Origin: an uncultured virus (IMG/VR IMGVR_UViG_3300029705_000102) | Taxonomy: Duplodnaviria; Heunggongvirae; Uroviricota; Caudoviricetes | DNA: 20,000 nt | Reading direction: 5' to 3' (one strand) | Virus record (IMG/VR): IMGVR_UViG_3300029705_000102 | In this document: positions 15,648 through 20,000 of the stretch, piece by piece | Layout of the letters: the number at the start of each line of letters is the position of its first letter | Numbering within the stretch: the stretch's first letter is position 1 | Notes under the pieces: model-generated | Database searches by the model: none | What the model was told of the DNA's origin: nothing | What the model saw: only the letters and a program-made list of their open reading frames with translations | Made by a program: the position numbers and the translations under genes

Positions 15648-17387
15648 ATGAAAACACTTATTATGAACAACGTAATCCCTAAAGAAAAACTGAGAGAAAT
15701 TCAGGAAAATACTCTTAACGAGCTAGCTGACATTCTCTCTAACTCTTTTGGTCCTAATGGATCTAATGCGTGTATTAAGAAAGAAAATGCTCTTTCTAGA
15801 TACAGTAAAGATGGCCATACTATTATTGGCTCTCTTCATTATAATGGCATCATTGAGCAGTCTATCAAGGACGATATCGAATCTATTACTCGTCATATTG
15901 TAAAGACTGTTGGAGATGGCACAACTTCTGCAGTTATTCTTTCATCTCTTATTTTTAAGTGCATCAAAGATGTAGAAGATTCTGGTTCTTATAAACCTGT
16001 CGAAATCGTTACAGCTCTTGAAAAGGTTGTTTCTGACCTTAAGAAGAAAATCAAATCCACTGCCAGAGAAATTACTGACAAGGATATTTATGATATTACA
16101 ATGATTTCTACAAACGGTAATGTAGATATTGCAAATATGCTTGTCGATATCTATAATGAGTTTGGAAAGACTGTATTTATCGATGTTAGCCCCTCTACTG
16201 GTGAAGAGATGGTGATCAAGTCCTATAACGGTATGACTCTTAATACCGGATATGACGATGCTTGTTTTGTAACTGATGCTACAAAGAATATTTCTGAAGT
16301 CGATAAGCCTGAAGTATATTTCTTTGAAGACCCTATCGATACAAGAGAAATTGGAGTATATCTTGACTCTATTATTTCTCATAACTTTATTACTCCTGCT
16401 AATGCACAGAACTGGGATGCGATTAGACCTACTGTTATCTTTGCTCCCAAGATTTCTAGAGATATGTCTAGTACAATGAATAGTCTTATTTCGACAATGG
16501 CTTCTATGCCTGTTGAAAATAGACTTCCTATTTGTATTATAACAGATCTTCATGAGACTGAACAGCTTAAAGATCTTGCAAAACTTTGTGGAGCTAAGAT
16601 GATTCATAAATATATCGATAAAGGCGTTTATGAAGCTGATGTAGCAGCCGGTAGAGCTCCCACCCCTGAAACTATTTTTAATTTTGCTGGAAGATGTGAT
16701 AAAGTTATAGCTTATTCTAGCAAGACTACATTTATCCGCCCTGCTCATATGTATAAGGAAGATGGAAGTTATAGCGAAATGTATAATAACCTCCATGCAT
16801 TCCTGAAATCTGAAATTATTCGTGAGACAGCAGATGGTGGAGATGCTAGAACTATTGGAACTTTGAAGAGAAGACTTCATTCGCTTGAGGCTAATATGGT
16901 TGAGTTGTTTGTCGGAGGCATTACTCAGGCAGATAGAGATTCTCTTAGAGATCTTGTCGAAGATGCTGTACTTAACCTTAGGTCTGCTGCTGAAAATGGA
17001 GTTGGATATGCAGCTAATATGTCGGCTGTAATTGCAATTAACTCTGTAGATATTAGTAAATACAATGATCTTGAAAGATCTATTTTTACAGCTATTGCTG
17101 AAGCATATGAGGCTCTTGTATGCAGACTCTATGAAGTGACAGAGTATGCTCGTTGTATTAAGAACGAAGGAAGCACAAATGCAGATCTTTATGCTAATAT
17201 TGTGAATAATGCTATTAAGGATGGACTTATTTATAACATTCGTGAAGAAAAGTGGTCTGATAATGTCGTTACATCTATTATGTCCGATGTAACAATTCTT
17301 GATACAGTTTCTCGTATCATTGGAATTATGGCAACTTGTAATCAGTTCATTCTTCCCACAGCAATGCATAATGTCTATATGGACTAA
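15648..17387 (+). CDS. groEL: Phage-encoded GroEL-like chaperonin (579 aa)
   Basis: SFGPNG, SKDGHT, VGDGTTSA ATP-binding loop, VGGITQ...RDLVEDAVL; no GGM tail. Confidence 0.92.
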   Translation: MKTLIMNNVIPKEKLREIQENTLNELADILSNSFGPNGSNACIKKENALSRYSKDGHTIIGSLHYNGIIEQSIKDDIESITRHIVKTVGDGTTSAVILSSLIFKCIKDVEDSGSYKPVEIVTALEKVVSDLKKKIKSTAREITDKDIYDITMISTNGNVDIANMLVDIYNEFGKTVFIDVSPSTGEEMVIKSYNGMTLNTGYDDACFVTDATKNISEVDKPEVYFFEDPIDTREIGVYLDSIISHNFITPANAQNWDAIRPTVIFAPKISRDMSSTMNSLISTMASMPVENRLPICIITDLHETEQLKDLAKLCGAKMIHKYIDKGVYEADVAAGRAPTPETIFNFAGRCDKVIAYSSKTTFIRPAHMYKEDGSYSEMYNNLHAFLKSEIIRETADGGDARTIGTLKRRLHSLEANMVELFVGGITQADRDSLRDLVEDAVLNLRSAAENGVGYAANMSAVIAINSVDISKYNDLERSIFTAIAEAYEALVCRLYEVTEYARCIKNEGSTNADLYANIVNNAIKDGLIYNIREEKWSDNVVTSIMSDVTILDTVSRIIGIMATCNQFILPTAMHNVYMD

Positions 17388-17397
17388 TATAAATAGA

Positions 17398-17431
17398 AAT
17401 ACCACTAGAGGAATTTTCCTCTAGTGGTATT
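17398..17431. terminator. Bidirectional terminator
   Basis: AATACCACTAGAGGA/TCCTCTAGTGGTATT 15-bp stem between convergent genes, with a T-run on +. Confidence 0.9.
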
Positions 17432-17439
17432 ATTTTTTT

Positions 17440-19944
17440 TTATTTAGGAATACAATAATTATCAGCAGAAATTCCTGATAAAACTGTTGTAGAAAGCTTT
17501 TGAAAATCATTATAGCCATCTGGTGTTACAGTAATGATAGCAATATTGTCATTAGCAGATGCATCAATATTGATTGGTTCTTTGCTAAGAGTCAGATGAG
17601 GAGTTTTTTCAGAAGATTCTGATTTATCACTCTTTTTCATATTGTCCAACTTAATATCACTATTCATTTCAATATCATCAACTATTTTAGCTGCAATAGC
17701 TCTAGAGCTATCTACATTCTTTTTATCGAAATTATAATTATCAGTATCTTTGTCATCAGTTAGAGTATCTTTTTCAAATTCATCAACAACAGTTTCATCT
17801 GCTGACATAAGTTTTCTGAGATTCGTTTTAAATCTAGAAAGATTCTTAAGTTCAAATGTGCTGAAATCAACTTTAAAATATCCTCTTGTACCGACAAAGA
17901 TAATGTCTTTACCTCCCCATGCTTTCTTAAGAGCCATAGGATTGGTACGAATAAGACGGAAAATAATAGAAATCGGATTTAGATTTTTCCTAAAGTCTGT
18001 TACTTCAGTATTGGGCTGAGTAGGCCATACATCTGCATCAACAGGAATAAATATAGTTTTCTTTTTGTATTGACTATCAATTTCTTTATTATTCAGCAAC
18101 CTATTAAGGAAATCAAAATAATAATTAACAGCCCTATCAAGCTTATATACATTCTTTTGTAAAAATAGTGCATGATAATATGAAAGATCTACAAAAATAT
18201 TGTATCTCTTATACATATCAAGTTTAATATACATTCTACGGATTTCAGGGTTAAGAGTTTTGATTTGTTCATAAACCTGGAGAGTTCCTCTATTATTCTT
18301 AATACGTTCTTTGTATAAATATTTCTTAAGAGTCTGAGAATATTTATCCCCTTCTGCTTCAGAAATAAAAGCCATATCAGAAGTTACAAAAGAACTTTCT
18401 GTCATAGCAAATTCTTCATAATCAGGAGTAGGTTTCATATAATCAGGAATCTGTCTCCACATATCATTTTTAAGAACTACTGGAAGTATCAAAATATCCC
18501 TACCGTATTTATCTTCTTTATTCGTTTCCATAAATCCATTTTTCAAAGCAAGAGACTTTGAAGCGGGATTATCTTTGTGCACTGTCCAATAATAGGTAGT
18601 AAAATGATGATCTTTATGAAGATCATAGGAAAGCATTTCTTTTACCATTGAATCTGCAATGCCTTGACCTCTAAAATCGCTATGAACTGCAATGACAATC
18701 TGAGCAAGATGAGGCTTAGAAGGGAAATGATAAACATCAAGAAATCCTGCAGCCTTAGGTCCTACGTATTTAATAATACGCTTAATAATAAATTTAGAAT
18801 CCCTATATGTATCATAAAAACTAATACGAGAGAATTCTTCTTTATTTAAACTATTGCAAACGGCAAGTACATCGGCATAATCACTAGGAATGAAAGATTC
18901 TGTAATAGATTCTTCCTTTTTCTCTTCTTCCTTTTTATAGTATTTCTTAAATCTATTTGCTGCACTAACTTTAACATCTTTGATTTCGAACTTCTTAATT
19001 TTGCGAATAATATTTTCAGCAAGTTCTTCTTCATCATCAGGATCGCAGTTATTAAACATACGAATTGCAGCTCTAACATGATCCTCATCGTTAAGAGGAT
19101 ATTTTCTTTTATTAGGTATGCCAAATTCAGAAGGTAATAATCTTTGGCGTTCCATATAAGAGAGCTCTCCCTCAAAGAGCATAGCTCTTAAACCACCAAG
19201 AGAGGATTTAAGAATAAAATCTCTAAATACCCCAACATCAGCAGTTTCTATATATTTTCTAATGGCCCTATTACCCTTTGTATCAAGCATTCTGATTATA
19301 GCTCTAATGAATTGATCATCAAATTCAATAGGTGTATTAGAGTATTTATATTTAGTCGTAATAATTTTATTAGACCCTATAAGTGCATATACAACTTTTC
19401 GTGTTACAAAATAATCCAAGTCAGGATTAATCTGCATAAATACATTGGTTAGTATTTCGGCAAGTACATATATAGCATATGGAAGTTTTGTATCTTTTTC
19501 ATTATATACATTATAGCTTAGCAAATGCGAATATTCTCCACTACTAAATGAATATAATTTATCTTTATAAAGTTTTGTCAATTTTGTAGGAGCAGCATTT
19601 TCAAGAGCCGATTGCGTTGGATAAACCTCAATGAATATATTTTCAGGAATGAATTTAAGCTGAAGACTGGAAGAAAAGAATTCAATAACTTTGGAATTGG
19701 CAACTTCCTCGATACGCTTTCTATTCATTAACGTAATATCTTCATTAAACTTTATCTTTGTTTTACCAGACCATGCTCTTTGTAATGCTTCAGATACAAC
19801 TTCTTCCTCTTGCTCATCAAAATCAAGATCTTCTTCTGGCATATTATCTATATATGCCATGATATTTCTATCCATATAATATGATACGAATAGGTTAGGG
19901 TTTTGAATATAAGGCAGCTTCATGAGTCTGCTTGAAATTTCCAT
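17440..19944 (-). CDS. Multidomain putative virion protein with internal GNAT acetyltransferase and DUF6582-like module (at least 834 aa, N-terminus probably incomplete)
   Basis: GNAT motif A IAVHSDFRGQGIA and WTVHKDNPASKSLALKNGF; LPSEFGIPNKRKYPLNDEDHVRAAIRMFN module; no RBS before ATG 19944. Confidence 0.75.
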   Translation of the reverse strand: MEISSRLMKLPYIQNPNLFVSYYMDRNIMAYIDNMPEEDLDFDEQEEEVVSEALQRAWSGKTKIKFNEDITLMNRKRIEEVANSKVIEFFSSSLQLKFIPENIFIEVYPTQSALENAAPTKLTKLYKDKLYSFSSGEYSHLLSYNVYNEKDTKLPYAIYVLAEILTNVFMQINPDLDYFVTRKVVYALIGSNKIITTKYKYSNTPIEFDDQFIRAIIRMLDTKGNRAIRKYIETADVGVFRDFILKSSLGGLRAMLFEGELSYMERQRLLPSEFGIPNKRKYPLNDEDHVRAAIRMFNNCDPDDEEELAENIIRKIKKFEIKDVKVSAANRFKKYYKKEEEKKEESITESFIPSDYADVLAVCNSLNKEEFSRISFYDTYRDSKFIIKRIIKYVGPKAAGFLDVYHFPSKPHLAQIVIAVHSDFRGQGIADSMVKEMLSYDLHKDHHFTTYYWTVHKDNPASKSLALKNGFMETNKEDKYGRDILILPVVLKNDMWRQIPDYMKPTPDYEEFAMTESSFVTSDMAFISEAEGDKYSQTLKKYLYKERIKNNRGTLQVYEQIKTLNPEIRRMYIKLDMYKRYNIFVDLSYYHALFLQKNVYKLDRAVNYYFDFLNRLLNNKEIDSQYKKKTIFIPVDADVWPTQPNTEVTDFRKNLNPISIIFRLIRTNPMALKKAWGGKDIIFVGTRGYFKVDFSTFELKNLSRFKTNLRKLMSADETVVDEFEKDTLTDDKDTDNYNFDKKNVDSSRAIAAKIVDDIEMNSDIKLDNMKKSDKSESSEKTPHLTLSKEPINIDASANDNIAIITVTPDGYNDFQKLSTTVLSGISADNYCIPK

Positions 19945-20000
19945 GCTAGGTGTTAATAGCAGAATAGATGCATTTTTGCGTCTATCTTTTCATCCACAGG

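Noticed and set aside
15942..17405. 487-aa antisense ORF opposite the chaperonin
   Set aside because: Shadow ORF with an unnatural I/S/C/F-rich composition; its start lies in a terminator.
2440..19879. Remaining short overlapping ORFs in the track (e.g. 2440, 5348, 6124, 11103, 11787, 14057, 18846)
   Set aside because: All overlap well-supported genes and lack an RBS or protein-like composition.
1..20000. Stop-codon reassignment (all genes end in TAA except one TGA followed by TAA TAA; in-frame TGA at 19990-19992)
   Set aside because: Long genes are intact in the standard code with no internal TGA or TAG; TAA bias fits the AT richness, and the 19990 case is better explained by a frameshift.
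1..20000. CRISPR array, tRNA, intron/intein, transposase
   Set aside because: No spaced direct repeats or cloverleaf seen, and terminase and capsid ORFs are uninterrupted with no evident intein motifs.

Overview
AT-rich segment of a large (jumbo-type) tailed phage genome, probably infecting a Firmicute (strong GGAGG ribosome-binding sites; inference). It carries the head-morphogenesis and packaging core: large terminase, T4 gp21-like prohead protease, putative neck protein, putative internal-head/scaffold proteins and a highly codon-biased major capsid protein. It also has a Gp5/GpV-like OB-fold baseplate protein, a DHH phosphoesterase, an SSB-like protein, a GroEL-like chaperonin and a multidomain virion-type protein with an embedded GNAT acetyltransferase. 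Most genes have their own AAC[A/T]-N6-TAA promoter-like motif, matching the AACA-N6-T[A/G] late promoter of the Bacillus phage AR9 non-virion RNA polymerase, and their own intrinsic terminator. The same grammar delimits ORF-free units: two short candidate RNAs with anti-Shine-Dalgarno tracts (one complementary to translation-start regions of genes in this window) and a ~350-nt multi-hairpin candidate ncRNA. Recurrent hydrophobic-x-E|S/A motifs suggest head-protease processing, which could release the GNAT domain as a packaged effector. All protein calls come from motif recognition only; no database search was run.
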